Source: an uncultured Gammaproteobacteria bacterium | GTDB taxonomy: Bacteria > Patescibacteriota > Microgenomatia > Levybacterales > GWA1-39-11 | Reading direction: 5' to 3' | NCBI GenBank assembly: GCA_964472415.1 | Contig: CAYYLC010000001.1 | Span: 239,194 to 303,193, forward strand | Length of the DNA: 64,000 bases | Program-made: the position numbers and the translations under genes | The notes under the pieces: model-generated | The model's database searches: none | Seen by the model: the letters and a program-made list of their open reading frames with translations, nothing else | Told to the model about the DNA's origin: nothing | Shown here: piece by piece, positions 52,886 through 61,174 of the stretch | Numbering within the stretch: position 1 is the stretch's first letter | How the letters are laid out: the number at the start of each line of letters is the position of its first letter

Positions 52886-53899
52886 ATGAGTAGAAAATTG
52901 TGGGGCTTTAGTTTTATTTTTATTAGTATATTTTTAGCGCTTTTGCTTTGGATTTTGATTCATGTTCTTGCATTTTTTGGAGTATTTCTCGCTTTTGCGT
53001 ATCCTATTTGGTGGTTATTTTTTCCGCGACAAACAGTCTGTTTTTTCTGCAGGGTGCAGCGTGAAGGATCAAGTTGTCTGTTATGTAAACAGCGAATTAT
53101 TAAGCGTAATGGGGTCGTGCCGCAGACACTGCGTTCTGCTATTCTAAATGGTATTTTTTTGCTCCTTTTTTCACTTCTTTCTCTAGGAATTGTGTACGGG
53201 GAAAGTCAGATTTTATCTCTTTTTGGATTTCCGACAACTTCAAAAACTGCATCGTTTTCTACTCCCTCTCAAGGTCAATATAAAATACATGAAATATTTC
53301 CTATGGAAATAATCATAGAAAATATCGATAATCCTATTAATGCAATCCAGGCAGATATAGGATTTGATCCGGAAAAAGTTACAATTGTAGATATCACAAC
53401 TGATGAGTCATTTGCAAAAGTTTTTCTTCAGAAGGAAATCAATAATTCCGCCGGTTGGGCGCGACTCACTGGAGGACTTCCGAATCCAGGATGGAGCGGT
53501 GACAAAGGGATTTTTGGAGTCGTGTACTTTAGGGCAAAGAATGCAGGACTCGTGAGTATAGATTTTCTTTCTTCGTCAATGATACTTGCAAATGATAATC
53601 ATGGAACAGATGTCTTGAAGAGTTTACCGAGTGCAAATTATGTTATTCTTCCGGAAGAATTATCCCCAGATGAAATCCAGGAACAAATGAAATTCTTTGT
53701 TGATCAAGATACTTTCGGAATTAGTACAAGAGATGCACAGTTAAAATTTTATGAAGAGCAAGAAATGTTAGATCCGCAGGAATTTTCACGAGAAAAAAGT
53801 ACCAAAGATTCCATTTTCCCCCATTATCCTTTACAGGTTTTGGCAAAAGTTGATAATTTTATTATCGATTTTTGGAAGAATATTTTTAGAAATGGGTAG
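52886..53899 (+). CDS. Membrane protein with N-terminal TM helices, a Cys4 cluster (CFFC...CLLC) and an extracytoplasmic cohesin-like domain
   Basis: INAIQADIGFDPEKVTIVDIT...GDKGIFGVVYFRAKNAGLVSIDF parallels the cohesin core (I..(C/A)DF.(Y/F).YDP.VLE(I/V)..I...G..G.F..I.FK.K..G...I.F). Confidence 0.55.
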   Translation: MSRKLWGFSFIFISIFLALLLWILIHVLAFFGVFLAFAYPIWWLFFPRQTVCFFCRVQREGSSCLLCKQRIIKRNGVVPQTLRSAILNGIFLLLFSLLSLGIVYGESQILSLFGFPTTSKTASFSTPSQGQYKIHEIFPMEIIIENIDNPINAIQADIGFDPEKVTIVDITTDESFAKVFLQKEINNSAGWARLTGGLPNPGWSGDKGIFGVVYFRAKNAGLVSIDFLSSSMILANDNHGTDVLKSLPSANYVILPEELSPDEIQEQMKFFVDQDTFGISTRDAQLKFYEEQEMLDPQEFSREKSTKDSIFPHYPLQVLAKVDNFIIDFWKNIFRNG

Positions 53900-53903
53900 G
53901 TGT

Positions 53904-54968
53904 TTAAAGAGTTGCTTCTATTCCTCTAAATGAAATAGATGATTTTGATAAATGCCATGCTTCGTTTTTTCTTTTTCCGCTTGTATTTTTAAAGAATATA
54001 TTTTTCATTATTCTTTCTGCTGCGTAATTATCATGGGGGAATGTATCTCTATAGTGCACATCAGAATCCGGCGCACTATTTATCTCATTAATAGCGCTTC
54101 GGATGAGCGTGTGTGGTGTTGTAATATTCGGTGTTATGTAGTCTATTCCTGCGAATCTGAGGCTAAGTGTTTTTGCAGCATTGATAAATAATTCACGATT
54201 TTCTTGCGGAATATTTTCTTTATCTATTCTCACTCGCTCTCCCCCAATATCCAAGTCGCACCCGAGCTGGAGAAGGATATATGTTCCCTTTGGGTATATT
54301 TTCTGTAGGTCAATATTTTCCTCTTTTAGATAATGAAGATCTTTTTTTCTTAAAAAGATTGGGGGTAGTTGCATCTTTTCTCGTTGGGCATTTTTTTGTT
54401 GGATAAGCTCTGTTACGGTTTGTTTTCCATCTCCTGTAACGTTTGCTGCTATGCGTTGTGTAATAGCGATTATCTCATCATCGAGTATAGTTATTCTGAA
54501 ATGCTTTCCGGGTATATATTCTTCTATCATAATACTTGAATTTCCTTCGAATGCTTCTTTTACCGCATTTCTAATTTGGGCAGGAGTGGAGGGTTTCACT
54601 GTTATTCCGATAGAAAGTGAGCCGCTTATTGGTTTAACCACGAGTGCTTTTTTCTTTTTGAGTTGGTTTATGGCGTATGTATTTGCAGCTATTTCTTCAG
54701 TGAAAGTTTTAAATTTTGGGGTAGGAATATTTTGACTTTTTAAAAGTATTGAGGTTTTTACTTTATTTACTGAAAGATTTGAGCTAAGTTGTGAATTGAC
54801 CCCAAGTACATTCGAGCTTATATCGAGAACTGTTTTATCACTATAGATGCGAACTAAACCAATTTCTTCATTGAGAATTGAATATTCTAGGCCTAATTTT
54901 ATTGCAGCATTTAGGTATAGGTTTGCATATCTATTTTCTATTATTTTCTTCATATAGTTTTTTGGCAC
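53904..54968 (-). CDS. Stand-alone ATP-grasp enzyme (CphA N-terminal-like / RimK-like ligase)
   Basis: ANVTGDGKQTVTELIQQKN...LQLGCDLDIGGERVRIDKENI...LSLRFAGIDYI is the ATP-grasp C-terminal half, as in the cyanophycin-synthetase N-domain and D-Ala-D-Ala ligase-like enzymes. Confidence 0.55.
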   Translation of the reverse strand: MPKNYMKKIIENRYANLYLNAAIKLGLEYSILNEEIGLVRIYSDKTVLDISSNVLGVNSQLSSNLSVNKVKTSILLKSQNIPTPKFKTFTEEIAANTYAINQLKKKKALVVKPISGSLSIGITVKPSTPAQIRNAVKEAFEGNSSIMIEEYIPGKHFRITILDDEIIAITQRIAANVTGDGKQTVTELIQQKNAQREKMQLPPIFLRKKDLHYLKEENIDLQKIYPKGTYILLQLGCDLDIGGERVRIDKENIPQENRELFINAAKTLSLRFAGIDYITPNITTPHTLIRSAINEINSAPDSDVHYRDTFPHDNYAAERIMKNIFFKNTSGKRKNEAWHLSKSSISFRGIEATL

Positions 54969-55145
54969 TGAAAATTTTCATTCCAGGAGTGCGACTTTTT
55001 AAATTAGTAAGTGTAGAAAAAAGACCGAATTCTATGTGGAAAAGAATAGGATACTAAATAACACTGGATACAGTATAGCAGCTTATAGGATAAATAGCCA
55101 ATAATATTGGATACCTCCGAGTTGTCGGTGAGTGAGTTGCTCAGG

Positions 55146-55172
55146 ATTATTTTGCGCAGATTATTTTGCGCA
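55146..55172. repeat. Tandem direct repeat (g)attattttgcgca x2 (13-14 bp period) in an intergenic region
   Basis: Read directly. Confidence 0.6.
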
Positions 55173-55187
55173 CTTTCTCGATTTGTG

Positions 55188-55216
55188 AAGCTTATTTTGA
55201 CATAAGCTTTTTTCTT
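55188..55216 (+). terminator. Plus-strand intrinsic-terminator-like hairpin (AAGCTTAT-tttgac-ATAAGCTT followed by TTTTCTT) with no annotated plus-strand gene upstream
   Basis: 8-bp perfect stem plus a T-run read directly. The stem is AT-rich, so it is weak. Confidence 0.3.
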
Positions 55217-55222
55217 GAAGGC

Positions 55223-55924
55223 TTAAACTTCTAAGCTACTAGCTAATTTATCCCACTGCTGCTTTCGAAGTACTAATTTAGAATTATTATCAATAATTTC
55301 CTTTGCTTTTTGTAGGAATTCTTTTGCTTTTGGCACATCAATTTCCCGAAGAGCTTTTGCAAGCCTCATATATCCGCCTGAACCCCAAACATCTTTGTTG
55401 TATTTATTAGGTTCTTCAGAAGTCTCGAGTTCATGAAGTGCTTGGGTTGCTCGCTCAAATGCTGATTTATCTCCTGCACCTAGTTCACAGGTAGCCAAAT
55501 GTAACTTCATATTCGCTAATACCGAAGGTCGATTATGATTATCTGGTGGATTATTTACCATATTATCAACAGCCTCCCTATATGTTGCAACTGCATCTGT
55601 TAATTCGCCTAAATCTTCATGAACCTGAGCCAAATTATAGAGGGGCATAGCAAGAGCCTGTGCATTCCCACTTACCCTGGCTATTTCTACCGATGCCATC
55701 ATTTCATGCTTTGCAAGAGCAAGAATTCTTTTACTGTCATGCTGATTAGCATATACTCGTAATGTTATCGAACGACAGGCAATTCCTTCCGCAAAGCCGA
55801 GAGAGTCGTTATCTAGATCATATGCAAATAGTGCGCGGTCATTAAAATCTAATGATTCAGAAAATTGTCCTGCTTCTCGAGCCTGTGCTGCTTGAGCGTG
55901 TAATCTCCTGCCTTCACTTTCCAT
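55223..55924 (-). CDS. Hypothetical alpha-helical (TPR-like) protein
   Basis: 233-aa ORF with no recognisable catalytic motif; repeated Ala/Leu-rich helical hairpins. Confidence 0.4.
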   Translation of the reverse strand: MESEGRRLHAQAAQAREAGQFSESLDFNDRALFAYDLDNDSLGFAEGIACRSITLRVYANQHDSKRILALAKHEMMASVEIARVSGNAQALAMPLYNLAQVHEDLGELTDAVATYREAVDNMVNNPPDNHNRPSVLANMKLHLATCELGAGDKSAFERATQALHELETSEEPNKYNKDVWGSGGYMRLAKALREIDVPKAKEFLQKAKEIIDNNSKLVLRKQQWDKLASSLEV

Positions 55925-56004
55925 AAGTGGATTATATCATGGAGAGGATGTAGTGAGAGAAATAGCGCTAGGGGTTAAGTAGTTAAATCTTAATTAATCG
56001 AGTG

Positions 56005-56077
56005 TGAGCCGACTGGGACTCGAACCCAGAACCAAAAGCTTAAAAGGCTTTTGCTCTGCCAATTGAGCTATCGGCCC
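56005..56077 (-). tRNA. tRNA-Lys (anticodon UUU)
   Basis: Reverse complement GGGCCGATAGCTCAATTGGCAGAGCAAAAGCCTTTTAAGCTTTTGGTTCTGGGTTCGAGTCCCAGTCGGCTCA folds into a cloverleaf with anticodon loop CTTTTAA. CCA is not encoded. Confidence 0.85.
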
Positions 56078-56283
56078 GATATCGAATCAGAGATATTTCC
56101 TTTGCAAGAAGTTTGATCTATTCTGATTCTCTTTATTTTATCCTATAAGTAGAATGAAAATAAAGCACTGGACTGTAATTTTATCAAAGTTGGGCGTGTT
56201 ACGCAATGAATGTATTTGACAAAGCACAAATATTTTTTAATACTGATAGAAGTGAAACAGAAGAGAGGGGGTGATAAATACAC

Positions 56284-56943
56284 ATGGAAGAAATCAGTAA
56301 TACGCTTGTCAGTACGATAAACAGCAGTATGGAGGGTGTTATTGCATATGCGCCGCGATTTATTCTTGGTTTAATTTTTCTTATAATTGGGATAATCGTT
56401 GCTGCATTTGTACGGCAAGTTCTCAAAGAACTATTTCGGTTTTTCAAACTTGATGCGTATTTGACAAAATACGGAGTTCCAGAATCAAAAGATGGTTCGA
56501 AGTGGAGTGCAATTGTTGCAGAAATCGCACGTTGGTTTGTAATTATTGCGTTTCTTGTTCCGACAGCAGATTTGTGGGGATTGGAGCGGTTCGCATCGCT
56601 TCTGAACAATCTCTTGACTTATCTCCCAAACGTGTTTATTGCAGTATTGTTGCTTCTTGTAGGATTTGTGGTGGCACGATTGGTGTACGACTTAGTCCTT
56701 GCATCAGTTCGAGGAGTTTCTAAAGATTCTGCAAAAACTGTTGCGCTCGTTGCACGCTATGCAGTTCTCGTATTTGTGGCACTTGTTGTGCTTAATCAAC
56801 TCGGAATAGCGAGTGACTTAATACGCATATTGTTTGCAGGAATTGTTGCGATGCTTGCTATCGCTGGGGGCCTTGCATTTGGACTTGGTGGAAAAGACGC
56901 GGCACGAGATACGATAGAGCGACTCAGACGAAAAATGAAATAA
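56284..56943 (+). CDS. Small membrane protein of the conserved-TM-helix / MscS-related family
   Basis: Four hydrophobic helices with repeated ...(R/K)..........G.. helix motifs. Preceded by TTGACA-17-TAATAC and a GGGGGTGA Shine-Dalgarno sequence. Confidence 0.45.
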   Translation: MEEISNTLVSTINSSMEGVIAYAPRFILGLIFLIIGIIVAAFVRQVLKELFRFFKLDAYLTKYGVPESKDGSKWSAIVAEIARWFVIIAFLVPTADLWGLERFASLLNNLLTYLPNVFIAVLLLLVGFVVARLVYDLVLASVRGVSKDSAKTVALVARYAVLVFVALVVLNQLGIASDLIRILFAGIVAMLAIAGGLAFGLGGKDAARDTIERLRRKMK

Positions 56944-56950
56944 TTTTTCC

Positions 56951-56994
56951 AAGGAACACACTGAAGTCGTTTTTCGGTGTGTTTCCTTGTTTGT
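56951..56994 (+). terminator. Rho-independent terminator candidate after the 56284-56943 gene
   Basis: AAGGAACACAC ... GTGTGTTTCCTT stem (one bulge) followed by GTTTGT. Confidence 0.45.
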
Positions 56995-57034
56995 AAGTCA
57001 AAGTTTTTATATAATTGGCAATGTGTCACTGTAC

Positions 57035-57107
57035 GGCCCCATCGTCTAGTGGCCTAGGACACCGGGCTTTCATCCCGGCAACACGGGTTCGACTCCCGTT
57101 GGGGTCA
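57035..57107 (+). tRNA. tRNA-Glu (anticodon UUC)
   Basis: Acceptor GGCCCCA/TGGGGTC, anticodon stem CCGGG/CCCGG with loop CTTTCAT, T arm ACGGG-TTCGACT-CCCGT, discriminator A. Confidence 0.85.
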
Positions 57108-58587
57108 CATTTCGAGATAAGGAATCTTCAAACTCCCTGTTTAGCTTGAATGGAAGGGCTAAGTCGTGGTTCGAAACCTTCTCAAATTGATACTTTACCC
57201 CTCTAGGAAAAATCATTGTTTGTAATTTGATTTTGAAGAGAGGTGGAGCGTCAAACCATATCAAATTAACGGTTTGAATGAAGTTCTGAGCATATGCAAG
57301 ACAAACTTTAATTTCACCCTCATCAGTCTTTGTCTCATGTAAGCCTAACTCTGCAATAGCAATCTGATCTCTTATTTGAGAAAGCTCTTCATTTGATTCT
57401 TCGTCTGTTAAGATCTGTTTCTTGCTCATTTGTATTATTCGAGCCTTTTCAGCTTGTAATCTCTGTATTTCACTCTTGAGTCTAATAGTATCTCCTTCCA
57501 ACTCCTGAATTCTGTTACGATACACTCGAATAAACATTTCCTTAAATAATTCTATCGTGTCTTCGTTTGGCTTTACATGCCCAAGCAGGTTATAAAAATC
57601 CTCGTGTAAATCATTTCGCTTATATGTTTTACCTCTTAACTCGCATCCTTTTCTAACACAGTAATACTTTGGATATTTTTTAGTTCTCCCTTTACACCAT
57701 GCAGCAGTCATAGGTACCCCACATTCTTTGCATTGGATAAATCTTCTCATTGGAAAATCTTCATTTTCTGTATTTCTTTTCATTTTACCTATATTTGATT
57801 TTCGAAGTATGACTTCATGACACTTATAGAATGTGTGTTCATCAGTGAGAGGCGTGTGTATTCCTTTTGTCTCAACTCCGTACTTACTAATTACTCCCAT
57901 ATAAAACTTATCACGGAGTATTTTGTGGATTAGCTGAGGATGAATTTTCATTCCTTTCTTACTCTTAATTCCTCTTCTATTAAGTTCATCTGCTAAATTC
58001 TTATAAGTATAATGTCCAGTAGAGAACTTCTTAAACAACTCGGTTACTATTGGTCCTTTAATAGGATCTAGAGCCATGATTGCATGATCTGTTTCATCTT
58101 TTTTATTGATGTACCCGAACTTAGCTCCCCAAACCCATCTTCCTTTAAGTACCCATCCTTGCATAGCTTCTGTAACACGTGTAGATTTAATATCATTATC
58201 TAACTGTGCTACAGCTGCAAATAGTCCTTCTATTACTTTCCCCATACCAGTGTCGTCAATTGGTTCGGTAGCAGACCTAAGACTAATGTCATATTCAAGT
58301 AGTCTTGCTTTAATTGCGAAGTGATCCATTTGGTTCCTAGCTAATCGGTCAATTTTATAAACTAAACACACATTCACTTTGCCTTTATTGATTCGACAGT
58401 ACTCAATAAGTTCTTTTAGTTGAGTTCTTTTTGTGGTTTTGGCGGATTCACCTTCTTCTTTGAAGATCTTTACGATTTTCCACCCATTCTCTTGAGCATA
58501 TTTTTTACATGAGGCAATTTGTGCATCAAAGCTGATATTGCCTATCTGACTAGGATCTGATACTCGGATATAAAGAATAACATTCAT
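57070..58587 (-). CDS. Large serine recombinase (integrase): resolvase catalytic domain, recombinase domain and zinc ribbon
   Basis: YIRVSDPSQ (catalytic Ser), KIDRLARN, recombinase domain and C4 ribbon CKECG...YYCVRKGC. The last 12 codons are encoded by the complement of the tRNA-Glu 3' half (38-nt overlap). Confidence 0.85.
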   Translation of the reverse strand: MNVILYIRVSDPSQIGNISFDAQIASCKKYAQENGWKIVKIFKEEGESAKTTKRTQLKELIEYCRINKGKVNVCLVYKIDRLARNQMDHFAIKARLLEYDISLRSATEPIDDTGMGKVIEGLFAAVAQLDNDIKSTRVTEAMQGWVLKGRWVWGAKFGYINKKDETDHAIMALDPIKGPIVTELFKKFSTGHYTYKNLADELNRRGIKSKKGMKIHPQLIHKILRDKFYMGVISKYGVETKGIHTPLTDEHTFYKCHEVILRKSNIGKMKRNTENEDFPMRRFIQCKECGVPMTAAWCKGRTKKYPKYYCVRKGCELRGKTYKRNDLHEDFYNLLGHVKPNEDTIELFKEMFIRVYRNRIQELEGDTIRLKSEIQRLQAEKARIIQMSKKQILTDEESNEELSQIRDQIAIAELGLHETKTDEGEIKVCLAYAQNFIQTVNLIWFDAPPLFKIKLQTMIFPRGVKYQFEKVSNHDLALPFKLNREFEDSLSRNVTPTGVEPVLPG

Positions 58588-58633
58588 ATTATTTCAATTT
58601 TATTAATCTATATTTAGTATAGCTTTTTTGAGC

Positions 58634-59353
58634 CTATTTTTGTGAATTTTTCTTTAAGAAATCAATGATTTTTGTATTAAAAATTGCTCCTGGAACTCTC
58701 ACTGTCTTATCTTGTTCTATCTCACTGGCAAATTGAAATAATATGTGAGCTGGAACACCTTTTTTAATTGCTGCTAAGTATGTTGTCTGAAGTGATTTAT
58801 GATTATTAGGTTCTAGTCTTTTGAATACCTCAAAGGCTGCAAATGTATCATTATCTGTTGGTTCAAAAGTATTAGGATCTAGTTCTTTATGCTCTTTTTT
58901 GCGAGATGATATTTCTAGTTCGCTTTCATTATTCTGTATTTTATTTGATTTAATTAAATTAGATTGGGGTGACCACTGGTTGTCTTTTGGCGGTACATTG
59001 GCTGTACTTTGTCTGTCCTCGTATGCTGGAATTTGTGATTTGCGAAATCTATTCTTTCTAATTTGCTGATGATCAAGCCATGAAGGAAACTCTATATACC
59101 ATTCACCATTTCTTTCCCATCTAATTATCAGTTTTTGAGTTGTTATTTCATCAAGGAACTTTTCAATATCAGAGTGTTTATATTCAGTCATGGGAAAAAC
59201 TTTCCCTTTTATATAATCAAATTCTCCTCTAATCCTTCCTTCATCATCCGCATGTGCAATCATCCAAGTGAATAAAAGTCTAGCTTCAAGTGATAGTCGA
59301 TTTACCTGAAGTGAGGTTGATATTTTCCAATGCAACATTCTTGCTTTTGCCAT
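58634..59353 (-). CDS. Putative replication-initiation / replisome-organizer-like protein (phage/plasmid type)
   Basis: N-terminal RLSLEARLLFTWMIAHADDEGRIRG...LIIRWERNGEWYIEFPSWLDHQ resembles the winged-helix N-domain of phage replisome organizers / DnaD-like initiators. This is a weak, by-eye call. Confidence 0.3.
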   Translation of the reverse strand: MAKARMLHWKISTSLQVNRLSLEARLLFTWMIAHADDEGRIRGEFDYIKGKVFPMTEYKHSDIEKFLDEITTQKLIIRWERNGEWYIEFPSWLDHQQIRKNRFRKSQIPAYEDRQSTANVPPKDNQWSPQSNLIKSNKIQNNESELEISSRKKEHKELDPNTFEPTDNDTFAAFEVFKRLEPNNHKSLQTTYLAAIKKGVPAHILFQFASEIEQDKTVRVPGAIFNTKIIDFLKKNSQK

Positions 59354-59504
59354 TTCTATTTATTTTTAATTTCTATATATCTATCAATAATTAAGTTAGA
59401 CAATACATATAAGTGATCTATAATCTCCTGAATTTGTTTATCTGTATATTTGAGATTACTGTCTCCTATTATTTTTCGTGCTTCTTTAATTGTTATTAAC
59501 ATAG

Positions 59505-59747
59505 TTAGCTAAAAATCAAATCCTTTAATTCTGATAACTTTGTGTTAAGCTCTTTGGGATTTACTACTGCACGATCTAGCCAGTATTCATTAACTAGAGA
59601 TTCACATAATTTTGAATCTTCAAATAGAAAGATTGCTTCTTTGGGGTTAGTTTTATTGATTCCAGCAAACTGAACCTTCCTAGTAGTTTGTAGATATGCT
59701 GCGAGGATTAGGGATTTAGTTTTGTAATATCTATCTGCTGTATTCAT
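59505..59747 (-). CDS. Hypothetical small protein (80 aa) of the mobile element
   Basis: ORF only; compact spacing within the element operon. Confidence 0.3.
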   Translation of the reverse strand: MNTADRYYKTKSLILAAYLQTTRKVQFAGINKTNPKEAIFLFEDSKLCESLVNEYWLDRAVVNPKELNTKLSELKDLIFS

Positions 59748-59821
59748 ATTCTGTGCTCAATTTGATATGAGTACAGTTTATTTGAAGTAGATAATTATTA
59801 GTATGGTGGTTTATGTTGCTA

Positions 59822-60700
59822 TTAAACCTCAGGTGAAAAACGTTTTAGTAGCTTTTTATATTCTGACACTGCGTGATAGATGTAATTATCATCATCTATA
59901 TAGCAGTTATCGCATCTTTGAGTTCCATTGTGGTGAGTCAAGTATTCATGTAAATCTGGACGTTCATTCCATTTTTTTATAATTTTTTTATAGTTACCTT
60001 TTGTCTGTACACTCCAATACCACTCTCTGTCACGCTTAATGTTTCTGTGAGTATCTTTCTTTAGCTTGCTATAAATAGAAAGTTCACCTAAATGATTTTC
60101 ATTTTGCATGTTTAGCAAATCACTTACTGCTGCATAAATATCTTTTTTAGTAGTAAATGGCATAACTTCAATTCCAGTAATAACTTCTCGCTCTGTCAAG
60201 ATATCAGTAGGCTGAGAGGGTAGATATGGTATCTCTTCTGAAAATGCTCTTGCGGTTTTAAGCGATGATACTTTGTGTTCTAAGATCACGTTTAGAATTA
60301 CATATTCAAAAATTCTAGGATAGTGAAATTTCAACCTAAGTATTCTTAATTCCTCAAAAAAATTTTTCTCTATTTCATCTACTTTTGACTGAATTTTTTC
60401 AAACACTTCATATTCAGTGTTACTTTTTCTATTGCGAATGAAAGTGTTTGGATCAACCCCATTTAATGGATCGGACTCATCTTCAAGTCTGTAATACTCT
60501 TTCGGATTGTAACCCGCAAGTTTTATGAAATGATCAAATAAACTATCACGTACTCCTTCTACTTTTAATTCAAGAGGAGGAATTATTTTGTACTTATCTC
60601 TTATTCGTTTAACTGACTCTAGAAATAGTGGTTGATCTACCAAAAAAGCAACAAGAGCATAATTACGGCTATTCTCAATATCTATCTGGACTTGTTTCAT
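59822..60700 (-). CDS. Hypothetical protein (292 aa) of the mobile element
   Basis: ORF only; no motif recognised. Confidence 0.35.
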   Translation of the reverse strand: MKQVQIDIENSRNYALVAFLVDQPLFLESVKRIRDKYKIIPPLELKVEGVRDSLFDHFIKLAGYNPKEYYRLEDESDPLNGVDPNTFIRNRKSNTEYEVFEKIQSKVDEIEKNFFEELRILRLKFHYPRIFEYVILNVILEHKVSSLKTARAFSEEIPYLPSQPTDILTEREVITGIEVMPFTTKKDIYAAVSDLLNMQNENHLGELSIYSKLKKDTHRNIKRDREWYWSVQTKGNYKKIIKKWNERPDLHEYLTHHNGTQRCDNCYIDDDNYIYHAVSEYKKLLKRFSPEV

Positions 60701-60724
60701 GACTATATCAATATCTAGCTTGAA

Positions 60725-61090
60725 TTATATAAAATTCTTTACTGGAACAGATATTTTTGCGAATCTTCGTTGTGTTATTCCTGTTTCTCCTGACCTGATT
60801 CTTTGATTGACTTTCCTTCGTAGTTCTCTATATGTATCTTCATTGGCTGCTTGAATTGTGCTTTTATGCTTCTGTAGTGCAGTATGTAATCTTTTTGCAT
60901 CTGCCTTTGAGAGATATCTTTTCTTTTGAATCCATGCTCTGTGTGAGAGTTTCCAGTATCGATAGTAAAAGTAGGGACCGTGCAGGTCACCTTTCAGACA
61001 CTTACAGCCTCTCTTACCACATTTGACCATTTGTGAATGGATATTGCCAGGTGTCTTGATCACTGAATCAAGTATTTTTATGTCCTTCAT
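60725..61090 (-). CDS. Small basic Zn-ribbon protein (CGKRGCKC...HGPY); candidate DNA-binding / recombination-directionality-type factor
   Basis: C-x4-C-x-C followed by HGPYFYY and a Lys/Arg-rich C-terminal half; first gene of the element operon. Confidence 0.35.
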   Translation of the reverse strand: MKDIKILDSVIKTPGNIHSQMVKCGKRGCKCLKGDLHGPYFYYRYWKLSHRAWIQKKRYLSKADAKRLHTALQKHKSTIQAANEDTYRELRRKVNQRIRSGETGITQRRFAKISVPVKNFI

Positions 61091-61174
61091 ACTATGATTC
61101 TATCAAATCTTAGGACACAAAAAAGGCATTTTAGGGCTCTCCATGCAAGGTCAAATTAAATGGTCAAAGTATAG

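Larger units (their letters stand above)
57070..61090 (-). mobile_element. Integrated mobile-element module: a serine integrase abutting tRNA-Glu plus four co-directional cargo/replication ORFs. The far boundary is not identified and may extend through the Type III R-M genes beyond the window
   Basis: The integrase overlaps the tRNA 3' end. All five ORFs are co-oriented with short gaps. One encodes a replisome-organizer-like protein and one a small Zn-ribbon protein. Confidence 0.5.
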
